The notes under the pieces were generated by a model. That model was not told where the DNA came from. It saw nothing but the letters and a program-made list of their open reading frames with translations, and did not search any database. A program made the position numbers and the translations under genes. A DNA stretch of 30,943 nucleotides, taken from positions 1 to 30,943 of the IMG/VR virus record IMGVR_UViG_3300027818_000004. One strand, 5' to 3'. Below, piece after piece: positions 8,845-17,079 of this stretch (the first letter of the stretch is position 1; each line of letters starts with the position of its first letter). The DNA comes from a virus. Taxonomy: Duplodnaviria; Caudoviricetes.

Positions 8845-9225
8845 TTAATTAAACTTTAATTCCTTATTAACATTCTTTAATAAACTTCTCATCTCGCTTT
8901 TAATTTTATTTTTCGCAGCGTGATAACCTTTTGTCATAAATGGTCGTGCTTTCATATAACGAGTTCCCTCGTGGACATAGAATGCGTAATTTGTATGCGG
9001 ACTAATAACTACGTGAGGCTCGGCTCTTAATGCTAACGAACTTGATAAACTTATACTTGCTCGCAGTCTGCCCGTGTCTACTGGCGTAATTCTTTTGCTC
9101 TCGCCCTCTACAAGATAACCCGCACGGACTAAAGCGTCTTGCGTCATTTTCTTAATTTTAGCTGGTGCAGAATTCCATTTCCGCCTTAGCTTTTCTAGTC
9201 CGTCAATTTTTATATTAAACTGCAT
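8845..9225 (-). CDS. HK97 gp10-like neck protein
   Basis: Motifs IDGLEKL, TPVDTGRLRASI, YAFYVHEGTRYMKARPFM. Confidence 0.92.
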   Translation of the reverse strand: MQFNIKIDGLEKLRRKWNSAPAKIKKMTQDALVRAGYLVEGESKRITPVDTGRLRASISLSSSLALRAEPHVVISPHTNYAFYVHEGTRYMKARPFMTKGYHAAKNKIKSEMRSLLKNVNKELKFN

Positions 9226-9227
9226 AT

Positions 9228-9530
9228 CTACATTTTAATTATTAACAATTCCTTGTGCGGGAAACAACCATATTCAAAATCTTTAATCGTCTTTACTATA
9301 TAATCAACATCGTCATAAATAACCTTGTCGCCAACTTCAATATCAATCCTCTCGCAAAACAATCTATGGGCTTGCCCTATCTTAATCCCCCCGCCCAAAT
9401 CTTCAATATTTCCGAATGGCTGAATCATTCCTCTCTGATCTGATAAATGACTAGAGTATTCTGTTTTATTTGTCTCCTCAATCGCAGTCAATCGTTCCGT
9501 ATCAAAATCCATTGTTAATAAATTAGACAT
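9228..9530 (-). CDS. Head closure/stopper protein (SPP1 gp16-like)
   Basis: Synteny. Motif DIEVGDKVIYDDVDYIV...H.EL. Confidence 0.75.
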   Translation of the reverse strand: MSNLLTMDFDTERLTAIEETNKTEYSSHLSDQRGMIQPFGNIEDLGGGIKIGQAHRLFCERIDIEVGDKVIYDDVDYIVKTIKDFEYGCFPHKELLIIKM

Positions 9531-10125
9531 CGTGTTTTGTATATTGCCCTATTATTTCTAAAGCGTTTTTTAAATCATCCGCCTGCTTATTATCTTTGTA
9601 TGATATCTGATAATCTCCAATTTTCTCGCTTGCGACTTCTCCCTCTGATTGATTTGAGAAGTTTATAATGCCCGCTACCAAAACAGTCGCAGCAAATTTA
9701 ATCGGATCAGGCACTTCAACAGAATAACCCCACTTGGCACTAATTTTTACATTCTTAATCCCTGATGGAAAATAAGTAAAGCCTAAAGTATTATAGTATT
9801 TTGTTCTTAACCCCCTCTTGCATTCATCGTTATAAGGAAAGGATAAATAATGAGTATCTTCCGTCAATGTGTATTGAACATTATCAAGAGAATCATAAAT
9901 AATTACGCTGTCAATTTCAACAAACTCATCAATATACATATCCGTTTCCCCGCTTCCGTCAAACCACCTATCACTTGCAGTCGTGTCCGCAATAAATACT
10001 CTGCCCGTTTTGTTTTCAATATATTTTTCAACAACGGAAATCCAATCAGAAATTTGAGATGAAAAAGAAGAATCTATTGTAGTTAAGAGATAATTTTCAA
10101 TATCTGTCTCGGTAGTGTATGCCAT
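9523..10125 (-). CDS. Head-tail adaptor (HK97 gp6 / SPP1 gp15-like, large form)
   Basis: Motifs MAYTT..DI, YIENKTGR.F, NVKISAKWGY..VPDPIK.A, SEKIGDYQISY. Confidence 0.85.
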   Translation of the reverse strand: MAYTTETDIENYLLTTIDSSFSSQISDWISVVEKYIENKTGRVFIADTTASDRWFDGSGETDMYIDEFVEIDSVIIYDSLDNVQYTLTEDTHYLSFPYNDECKRGLRTKYYNTLGFTYFPSGIKNVKISAKWGYSVEVPDPIKFAATVLVAGIINFSNQSEGEVASEKIGDYQISYKDNKQADDLKNALEIIGQYTKHDV

Positions 10126-10134
10126 ATTTTTAAA

Positions 10135-13100
10135 TTAAGAATTACGATAACGATTATAAGGAGTTGTTTTTTTAGAATAAGGGCTGTCTTTTTTAGAATA
10201 AGGGCTTGACTTATCAGAATAAGGGATTAAGCCATAAGCGGAAATAGTCGGCACGGGAAAAGAGATAGTCAGTGTTTGTATGTCCGCATCCGTGTAAATG
10301 CTTATAACAATCTCGGGCTGATTAACTGAAAATGAAAGGGCTTGTTTTTCCGCTGAAAATTGAATTTGTTTTGTCGCTGTAACAACTGGCGAGAGCGGAG
10401 TAAATGTAAATAACTGACAATCAGATAAAATAGTAGGTGATACTTGCGTAATAATCTCTGGTGCAATAACTGAAATGCTTACTGAAATTACTGAAATGCT
10501 TACTGTCTCGGAATCTTGAATTGATAATGAGGGCTGAATAATAGTAAATTCGGCTGTCTGAGTTTCGGCTAAATAAGTTAAATTCCGAATGACTGAAATT
10601 GTCGCTACGGGCTGACTTAAATTTAACGCTTGAAATGAACAAGCAACTTGTTCGTTATCCTGATATTGCAATGAAGGAGTGGGATTACTAAATAAAACTG
10701 TTTGGGCTTCTGGCGATATAACTACATTCCTAACCGCATTTATTGTAACATCCGATAGGGTTATTTGAATGGGCTGAACCGCAACATCTTGAACGGTATT
10801 CCTAACGCTGGAAATAGTCGGCGTAACTAAATTAAATATAACAGATTGAACGCTTAACGCAACTACTTCATTATTATTATAAGATAATGACGGCTGTAAT
10901 ATAGAAAATGTAAATGCTTGAGTGGAGGGAGAAACGGAAGTATTTCTAACAACTAAAATAGAAGTTTCTGGTTGGTTGAATACAAGTATCCCATAAGCTA
11001 TTGTTGATTCCAAAATACGATTACCTTCATCTTCTAATAATCTTGCCGACCATTCTTCCAAAAGTCTCTCATTGGCTGGGGAAATTAAGATATTTTTTGC
11101 AACTGAAATTGTCGGGCTTAAAACTGAAAACTCAACGGATTGCAAGCTGGCGGTTGCTCCTGCCCCTAACTTAATTATCGGAGAAATGTTTGAAAAAGTG
11201 CTTTCCTCTACATTCGGCTCAACAGTAATATTAACTGTCCCAATAGTGCCTGAAACATCGGGAGCGATTAAATTAAATGTCGCTTCCAGTATAGTCGGAG
11301 AAACAGAAATATTTCTAATGGCTGAAATAGAAGTTTCGGGCTGGCTAAATTGTGCAGAGAAAACATCGGGCGTATTTTGAACTGAAGTCTCTGCTGTAAC
11401 CTCGGGAGCTAGCCCTGTAAAAGTAACAGTCAAAATGCCTGCGGTTAAAGCGACATTCCTGACAGCGGAAACAGTTGCGGAAATCAAGTTGGAAGTAAAG
11501 GCTTGGATTGAAGCTGAAATTGAAGTGCTTCTCTTGGCGGTGATCGTGGCTGTCGGCTGGGAATAAGTAGCCTCTTGAATAGAAGCGGAGACTTGTATTG
11601 ACGTAGCTCCGCTGGACGGCTTAATAACAATAGTATTCGCAACAGCATAACGGCTTGCAGCAATCGTAAATGTTCCAGGGTCATCGCTACTTGCCGCATA
11701 TTCTCTTGAACAAATACCCGTGCTGGAGCTTGTCGTGCTAGAGCTATTAACCGCATTAACTTGATTGTCTGAATAATTTGTCGGATAAGCGGTTACCGCC
11801 GAATTTATCCTGTTTGTTTCAACCGCTATAAATAAGTTGTCGTCTGAACCCCAAGTAGGAGAAACGCTTGGCGGATTAGGCGTGGTATTTACAGAAGTCG
11901 CCGCTGTTCCTTTTTCTGGAGCTGTCGCACTATCAAAACCAGTTATCCGATAAGCTACCGCAGAAGATTTAGTGCTTCCCGCAGTTGTAATCGCCACTGT
12001 CGCACCTTCCTCTCCGTCCGCAATCTTGTAAAACTGAGCCATTTGAATATAGGTGCTATAAGCGTCTGTATCCCCGATTTTACTCCAACCGCTAGGTGTA
12101 GTTATAGCCGTAACCACATAACTTCCAAAAACTACTAGCAATAAATCGCCCGCTTGAATACCTGAAGGCAAGCTGACATCGTGGCTAGTTACAGCTGTCG
12201 CTTCATGGCTGTAATTTGTAGCCTCCACTGTCGGAAAATTTGTAGGAACTACAATCGTTGCGGTTGGCTGGGAGAAAGTAACAGATTGAATTGAAGCTGT
12301 GATAACAGCGTCTTTATCAATAGCTATAATTGTCGCAGTTGGCTGGGAAAAAGTGACTGACTGGATAGAAGCGTTAATAGTAACGGAAGGCTCTTGCGGT
12401 GCATATTCCACTAACGCCCAAATGGTAGATATAAATAAATTAGGCGTGGCGTCAGTTACATCTATTCCAGCTTGCATAGTGTCCAAAAGTGCGGTTGTCC
12501 ACGCTCCACCTCCCTGCGGGTCGGTATAAGAAGTCAATGAGTAAACCTGAGGTAAAACATCGCCGTTAGTTCTCCAAGTCGTATCGTTGTGAGTTTTAGC
12601 ATCCCCATAAGCAGTCGTTCCTCCTGACTGACTCATAATCAATCCTCTCCAGCCAGCCGCTGCCGCCGTTTCTGGGTGCTGGCGTGTTCCTATTGAAACA
12701 AGAGTTATGGTATTGCCTGAACCTATCCCAGCACTAGCCGAAGTCTCAAAATTATAATCAACTTCAGCGATAGAGTCCTGCTCAATATAAGAAGTAGCGT
12801 CATCGGGAGAAACTTCGTCAACATCGGCATAAGTTCCAGTCGTTGCTGACGCATCTCCTGCAGCATTAGGGTGCATATGGACGATTGAACCCTCGCCAGG
12901 AAGTCCTATTTGAGAAGTTCCTATATCATCATTTATCGCAATATCATCAAAATATAAATCTGCCGTAGTAGTAGTAGTAGCACCGAGCATTAAAAAAGCT
13001 CCCTCTGTAGTAGCCATCATCTCAACCATTAAAGCACCCGTAGCAAAACTAACGCCATCAATATATGCTATAACTGAATTAGTAGCGTAAGTATATGAAA

Positions 13101-13497
13101 CTTCTATCCTATACCAAGTATCTGTATCTAAAGCAGAGCTATCAGAGCCTATCTGCACAGGCCAGTATTCATCCCACAACTCTAATGTTCTATCAGAATT
13201 TAACCGAATGCCAATCATATTAGTAGGATACCAACCGTCTTTCACAACAAAAATAGTATCTAGTGCATTGGTGGAAGTCGCTATTCTCAAATAAAATCTA
13301 AAGTATAAATTTTTTGTCCCATCAATTGTAAATTGGTGGGTTATATATTTAGTTGCCGCAGTCGGATTACATCTAAAAGAAGCAGCCCCGCTTCTTTTAG
13401 TAGTGGTATCAATAGAAACGCCCCCAGTGCTAGTATCCCACTCAACGCCAGAAGTTGCTGATTGTAATTCAAAGCCACAGCTCCATAATCTTGCCAT
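10135..13497 (-). CDS. Large Ser/Thr-rich modular virion protein (1120 aa): N-terminal beta-sandwich/lectin-like domains, ~20 repeats of ~24 aa, one inserted domain
   Basis: Repeat type SASIQSVTFSQPTATI..RN. N-terminal WYRIEV...YIDG...LYFDDIAIND pattern. C-terminal PYS(K/D)K repeats. Located in the head module. Confidence 0.7.
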   Translation of the reverse strand: MARLWSCGFELQSATSGVEWDTSTGGVSIDTTTKRSGAASFRCNPTAATKYITHQFTIDGTKNLYFRFYLRIATSTNALDTIFVVKDGWYPTNMIGIRLNSDRTLELWDEYWPVQIGSDSSALDTDTWYRIEVSYTYATNSVIAYIDGVSFATGALMVEMMATTEGAFLMLGATTTTTADLYFDDIAINDDIGTSQIGLPGEGSIVHMHPNAAGDASATTGTYADVDEVSPDDATSYIEQDSIAEVDYNFETSASAGIGSGNTITLVSIGTRQHPETAAAAGWRGLIMSQSGGTTAYGDAKTHNDTTWRTNGDVLPQVYSLTSYTDPQGGGAWTTALLDTMQAGIDVTDATPNLFISTIWALVEYAPQEPSVTINASIQSVTFSQPTATIIAIDKDAVITASIQSVTFSQPTATIVVPTNFPTVEATNYSHEATAVTSHDVSLPSGIQAGDLLLVVFGSYVVTAITTPSGWSKIGDTDAYSTYIQMAQFYKIADGEEGATVAITTAGSTKSSAVAYRITGFDSATAPEKGTAATSVNTTPNPPSVSPTWGSDDNLFIAVETNRINSAVTAYPTNYSDNQVNAVNSSSTTSSSTGICSREYAASSDDPGTFTIAASRYAVANTIVIKPSSGATSIQVSASIQEATYSQPTATITAKRSTSISASIQAFTSNLISATVSAVRNVALTAGILTVTFTGLAPEVTAETSVQNTPDVFSAQFSQPETSISAIRNISVSPTILEATFNLIAPDVSGTIGTVNITVEPNVEESTFSNISPIIKLGAGATASLQSVEFSVLSPTISVAKNILISPANERLLEEWSARLLEDEGNRILESTIAYGILVFNQPETSILVVRNTSVSPSTQAFTFSILQPSLSYNNNEVVALSVQSVIFNLVTPTISSVRNTVQDVAVQPIQITLSDVTINAVRNVVISPEAQTVLFSNPTPSLQYQDNEQVACSFQALNLSQPVATISVIRNLTYLAETQTAEFTIIQPSLSIQDSETVSISVISVSISVIAPEIITQVSPTILSDCQLFTFTPLSPVVTATKQIQFSAEKQALSFSVNQPEIVISIYTDADIQTLTISFPVPTISAYGLIPYSDKSSPYSKKDSPYSKKTTPYNRYRNS

Positions 13498-13604
13498 TAG
13501 ATTATTTCCTTTCTATTTGTATTATTCCGTATTGCCATTTATTTTCGGGCTTTCAGCCCTGCTTTTTAAAGAGCGTTTTTAAAAGAGCTTGAGCCTATTT
13601 AAAA

Positions 13605-13739
13605 TTATTTATCTGTTTTCTTATTTTTTTCTAATTTTTCTAAAATTTCGTTTAGTGTTTTAACTATTTCTTGAGCGTCCCTGCTAGGTAAAATACTGTT
13701 AAGAATATAGTTTTTAATATCTTCTATTTTCTGCTTCAT
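13605..13739 (-). CDS. 44-aa hypothetical coiled-coil protein
   Basis: Manually translated: MKQKIEDIKNYILNSILPSRDAQEIVKTLNEILEKLEKNKKTDK. Starts 1 nt after the previous stop. Confidence 0.6.
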   Translation of the reverse strand: MKQKIEDIKNYILNSILPSRDAQEIVKTLNEILEKLEKNKKTDK

Positions 13740-13740
13740 A

Positions 13741-14001
13741 TTATTTTATTTCTTCTTCAGCTATTTCTTTTGCTAATTCAACTTCCAACTCGCTTTTTAC
13801 TCCTAACTCTTCACATTTTGCAATCAAAGCCCTAACTTCTACCAGCTCTTTGTTTCTGGCTTCTACGAAGTCATTTTTCTGCTTTAGAATGTCTAGCTCC
13901 TGCTGTTTCAAGAAATCGTATTTATAAGTGCTGACTTCTTCTTTCACTTCTACTGGCTTTGTCGCTTGCAATTCAACTTCGCTTATTTTCTCGTATTCCA
14001 T
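13741..14001 (-). CDS. Acidic coiled-coil protein, possible fibre chaperone/accessory
   Basis: 86 aa, directly downstream of the fibre-like gene, with an A-rich leader. Confidence 0.6.
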   Translation of the reverse strand: MEYEKISEVELQATKPVEVKEEVSTYKYDFLKQQELDILKQKNDFVEARNKELVEVRALIAKCEELGVKSELEVELAKEIAEEEIK

Positions 14002-14019
14002 ATTTTTTAAATTAGTTAA

Positions 14020-15201
14020 TTATGCTGTCGTCATCACTTTAAAATCTGTTCCGCCGATATTTATAACTACATATCCGTCATTTGTGTAGGGAGCTCCAGC
14101 GGTAACTTTGGTTGTATTGGGAGCAGTTGCAATATGTCTTCTGGTTGCATCTGAATTAGTTAAATGGAAAGTATTATTGTATTCCACCGCTCCCGCTTCT
14201 GGTGTCGTATTTACTACGCCAGTGGTTAATTTAATCGGGGCGGTGCTAGCTGACGCCGTTCCCGCCGCAATCGTCAATTTAGCCGTCGGACTCGTCGTCC
14301 CTATGCCGACGTTGCCTGCAAAATAATTTGTTCCCCCATTTGAGTAAATTCCATAATTGTTCGTTGCTCCACTCATTGCTCCGATATAGACACCATACTT
14401 ACTTGTCCCAGAAGCTAAAGAATTTGCTGCTACATTAAGACCAAACATTTCCCCAGTTATCGTTCCTGCACTAGGCAAAGAAATTTGATTTCCATAGACA
14501 GTCCCTATGGTTGAAAGAGGTTGATTATAAAGAGCATAATGAGCACCATACAAAGAGTTGATTGTCGCTAATGGGTCTGTTCCTCCTGTAGCATAATTTC
14601 CAACAGAAAAAGTTGCGCCAATAACACTATTAGTTGTTCCAGCATCTCGTATCAACGCCTCTGCCTCAAACGCTTTCAAATAACCGCTATTCGTGAAACC
14701 ACCATTTGTTCCATAAGCTTGAAACATCCCAGCTCTAAAATAATTAGTTGCATCTGCAATAGTATTGCCGATAAGTTTAGAAGAAACATTAATTAAACTG
14801 GAAGTTGAAGTAGTGGTTGATAAAATGTTGCCAACAACATCCAGTTTTGCAGAAGGACTCGTCGTCCCGATGCCGACGTTGCCGTTATTTAAAACAGTCA
14901 AAGCCGTAGTTGCTCCATTATTTCCAACCAAAGCCTGAATAGCCGGAGAAGTTAAAGTTCCGTTTCCAGATGTTCCTTGAAGTTTCAAAATGTCGGTTAT
15001 AGCTGAACCACCTTTTAGAGTCTGCCCTCCTGATCGTCCAGCCAGCAAAGCATATCCGCTTAATAAATTAGTGGTAGTTATTTTCTTATTCGTGCCAGTT
15101 GCTGCCATAGTAGTATCAGAAATATCTACTAATTCAAACAAATCTCCAGCCGCTGAAGCTTCTTCTAACTCAGTTAAATCTGTTATTTTTTTATCTGCCA
15201 T
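14020..15201 (-). CDS. Fibre-like virion protein with two GNVGIGTTSP repeats
   Basis: N-terminal MADKKITDL...VD...NKKIT anchor-type motif, Gly/Thr/Asn-rich body, C-terminal GYVVINIGG..FKV. Confidence 0.7.
   Translation of the reverse strand: MADKKITDLTELEEASAAGDLFELVDISDTTMAATGTNKKITTTNLLSGYALLAGRSGGQTLKGGSAITDILKLQGTSGNGTLTSPAIQALVGNNGATTALTVLNNGNVGIGTTSPSAKLDVVGNILSTTTSTSSLINVSSKLIGNTIADATNYFRAGMFQAYGTNGGFTNSGYLKAFEAEALIRDAGTTNSVIGATFSVGNYATGGTDPLATINSLYGAHYALYNQPLSTIGTVYGNQISLPSAGTITGEMFGLNVAANSLASGTSKYGVYIGAMSGATNNYGIYSNGGTNYFAGNVGIGTTSPTAKLTIAAGTASASTAPIKLTTGVVNTTPEAGAVEYNNTFHLTNSDATRRHIATAPNTTKVTAGAPYTNDGYVVINIGGTDFKVMTTA
14288..14316. repeat. 29-bp GC-rich direct repeat, copy 2 (encodes GNVGIGTTSP)
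   Basis: ggactcgtcgtccctatgccgacgttgcc; 28/29 identical to 14855-14883. Confidence 0.9.
14855..14883. repeat. 29-bp GC-rich direct repeat, copy 1 (encodes GNVGIGTTSP)
   Basis: ggactcgtcgtcccgatgccgacgttgcc; 567 nt (189 codons) from copy 2. Confidence 0.9.
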
Positions 15202-15211
15202 ATTTTTTAAA

Positions 15212-16351
15212 TTATTTCAATTTTCTATACCAAATTGTGTCTTGTCGGTGGACAAATCCAAATTTTTCAGTTACGGCTTTTTGAACGCCAGCCCATTGAA
15301 AATCGTGTCCTGCAATTATGAGCCTCGCTTTAGGTAGCCAAGCCTTTATATCGTTTTTAACTGACTCGTAGTCGTGGGCTCCGTCTATAAAAACAAAATC
15401 CACTTTTCCTTTAAACTTCTTAGCCGCCTTTATAGAATCGGACTTGATTACTTTTAAGTTTTTAAAATGTCCGACATTTTTAATAAAATCTTTATAAATA
15501 TTTTTTACTCCCTTATGGGCAACTTCCCCAGGACTTCCTTTGAAATGATCAACGGCGTAAACTGTTCCTTTGCAAGCAGACAATAGAGCGTGAGTGCTTT
15601 TTCCTTTCCAACTTCCCACTTCTACAATACTCTCCACCCCACTCGCTATTTTATAAAGCCAATTAAGTTCCTCCTTACTCATCCAGCCTTCTATCTTGTT
15701 ATCATAAGTAAATTTAATTTGTTTTTGAAGATAATCTGATTGCGTTTGGGCGGAGTAGCCAGTATCGCCTATATGCTCTAAAGGAATGGTCGGATCGCAC
15801 CAAACCTTAAATCCTTTCTTTTTTGCTCGTATACAGAAAGCTAAATCCTCGCCTATATCGTTTCCGTCTGGCTTTTGGATAAAATTAAAAGGATAGCCAT
15901 TTTTACGGGCAAATTTAGGATTGTAAAGAGCTTCCAAAACTTTTCTTTTAATGAGTAAAAATCCTGTCCCGATTGCGTCGCACTCAAAAAGCTTTGCGGG
16001 GGGATTAGCAATCGGGGTATGTTTCCAATTCTTAAACTTATAGACAAGGGGCAAGTGAGGAGGGAGTTTTTTGTGATACATCCCGCCCACTATGTCCTTG
16101 TTGTGTGAAATTAAACGTTCAAGTCCCCACGTAGGAAATGTAATGTCCGAGTCAATAAATAATAGGTAGTCGGTTTGTAAATTATTGGCGATGACATTTC
16201 TGCCAACATTCACAAGACAAGATTGATACATTTTAATCTTGATATTTATTTTTCCTATTGTCTCTCTTAAAAGATTGATAAGAGACATTGTATATTCGGG
16301 AGTTAAGTCGCGATTATGCGGTGTCCCAATAGTAACACTCGGGATTTTCAT
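15212..16351 (-). CDS. GT-A (GT2-like) glycosyltransferase fused to a class I SAM methyltransferase (Methyltransf_24-like)
   Basis: N-half: YLLFIDSDI (DxD), GTGFLLIKR, GEDLAFC, HIG. C-half: VEVGSWKGKS, DFVFIDGAHDYESVKND, IAGHD. Confidence 0.88.
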   Translation of the reverse strand: MKIPSVTIGTPHNRDLTPEYTMSLINLLRETIGKINIKIKMYQSCLVNVGRNVIANNLQTDYLLFIDSDITFPTWGLERLISHNKDIVGGMYHKKLPPHLPLVYKFKNWKHTPIANPPAKLFECDAIGTGFLLIKRKVLEALYNPKFARKNGYPFNFIQKPDGNDIGEDLAFCIRAKKKGFKVWCDPTIPLEHIGDTGYSAQTQSDYLQKQIKFTYDNKIEGWMSKEELNWLYKIASGVESIVEVGSWKGKSTHALLSACKGTVYAVDHFKGSPGEVAHKGVKNIYKDFIKNVGHFKNLKVIKSDSIKAAKKFKGKVDFVFIDGAHDYESVKNDIKAWLPKARLIIAGHDFQWAGVQKAVTEKFGFVHRQDTIWYRKLK

Positions 16352-16357
16352 TAAAAT

Positions 16358-16780
16358 TTAATTACAATTTAAAATACCCTCGCTAGACCACTGAACAGAA
16401 AAATCTCCGTTATCGGAAGTCTTGTCAGCCGCAAAATCCACATAAGCGATTAACGGGGAAGTAGTATTCGTTCCTGTATTTTTCCAGATAACTGCATATC
16501 TGGCTGTAATCGTAGAAGATGACCAAGTAACATCAGCAGCGTCAAAAACTCCTTCATCGTCGGTTGTGTCAGTTGAAACGGTTTTGCTGGCTAAAGACTG
16601 TCCTTTGGTGGTGTATCCGTTTTCTGAGGTAACTTCACTAGCTGTTATGTCGCTGTAAAATTCATCTGTGTCAATATCGGGCGTATAAGAAGAAGTATGG
16701 AGAGACACATTTATATCATCCGTGTCCAAATCTATGGAACCATTCATAACCCCTGCTTTAAAACTATTATATACTGCCAT
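16358..16780 (-). CDS. Acidic 140-aa putative virion structural protein
   Basis: Motifs IDLDTD.I.V.L, EV...GYT..G..L, FDAADVTW, ARYAVI, PLIAYVDF. Recalled as a recurring phage structural family found ahead of fibre genes. Confidence 0.65.
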   Translation of the reverse strand: MAVYNSFKAGVMNGSIDLDTDDINVSLHTSSYTPDIDTDEFYSDITASEVTSENGYTTKGQSLASKTVSTDTTDDEGVFDAADVTWSSSTITARYAVIWKNTGTNTTSPLIAYVDFAADKTSDNGDFSVQWSSEGILNCN

Positions 16781-16843
16781 ATTTTTTTTAAAAAAATTAT
16801 TAGAATAAAATCTTTTTTTTGCAAATGTCCGACCAAATAATAA

Positions 16844-17062
16844 TTATTTTCTATTTGCAATATACCTCCTTTTTCTTTTTGGTTTCATTTGTCTATTTAA
16901 TGGCGTTTCTTCTATATCGGTTGTTTTGAAACTCCCCTTTATTTTTTCTACACAACCCGCCTTTTCCATTTTCTCAAATTCATCCTTTGATAATTCTATT
17001 ATTTCATCCTCTTTTATTATTTTATCATTTTTTTTAAATTGTGCAATACATTTTGCTTTCAT
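16844..17062 (-). CDS. Small head-module protein (72 aa; likely start MKAKC at 17062)
   Basis: Pattern F...K....EIIELS.DE...M...G.VE with a basic tail, typical of small genes found just downstream of major capsid genes. Confidence 0.65.
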   Translation of the reverse strand: MKAKCIAQFKKNDKIIKEDEIIELSKDEFEKMEKAGCVEKIKGSFKTTDIEETPLNRQMKPKRKRRYIANRK

Positions 17063-17079
17063 ATTTTTTAATTTAATTA

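Noticed and set aside
10165-10505. Short DNA repeats (tttttagaataagggct x2; actgaaatgcttactg x2) as CRISPR or regulatory repeats
   Set aside because: Only two copies each with no spacers. They are explained by the PYSKK and SISVI peptide repeats in the 1120-aa gene.
14288-14883. Diversity-generating retroelement TR/VR pair
   Set aside because: The repeat is only 29 bp with a single mismatch, and there is no reverse transcriptase in the window.
2423-16047. Nested minus-strand alternative-frame ORFs (2423-2662, 10421-10642, 11484-11756, 15853-16047)
   Set aside because: They lie wholly inside longer genes and have no leader signal or recognisable motif. No lipobox suggesting a nested spanin.
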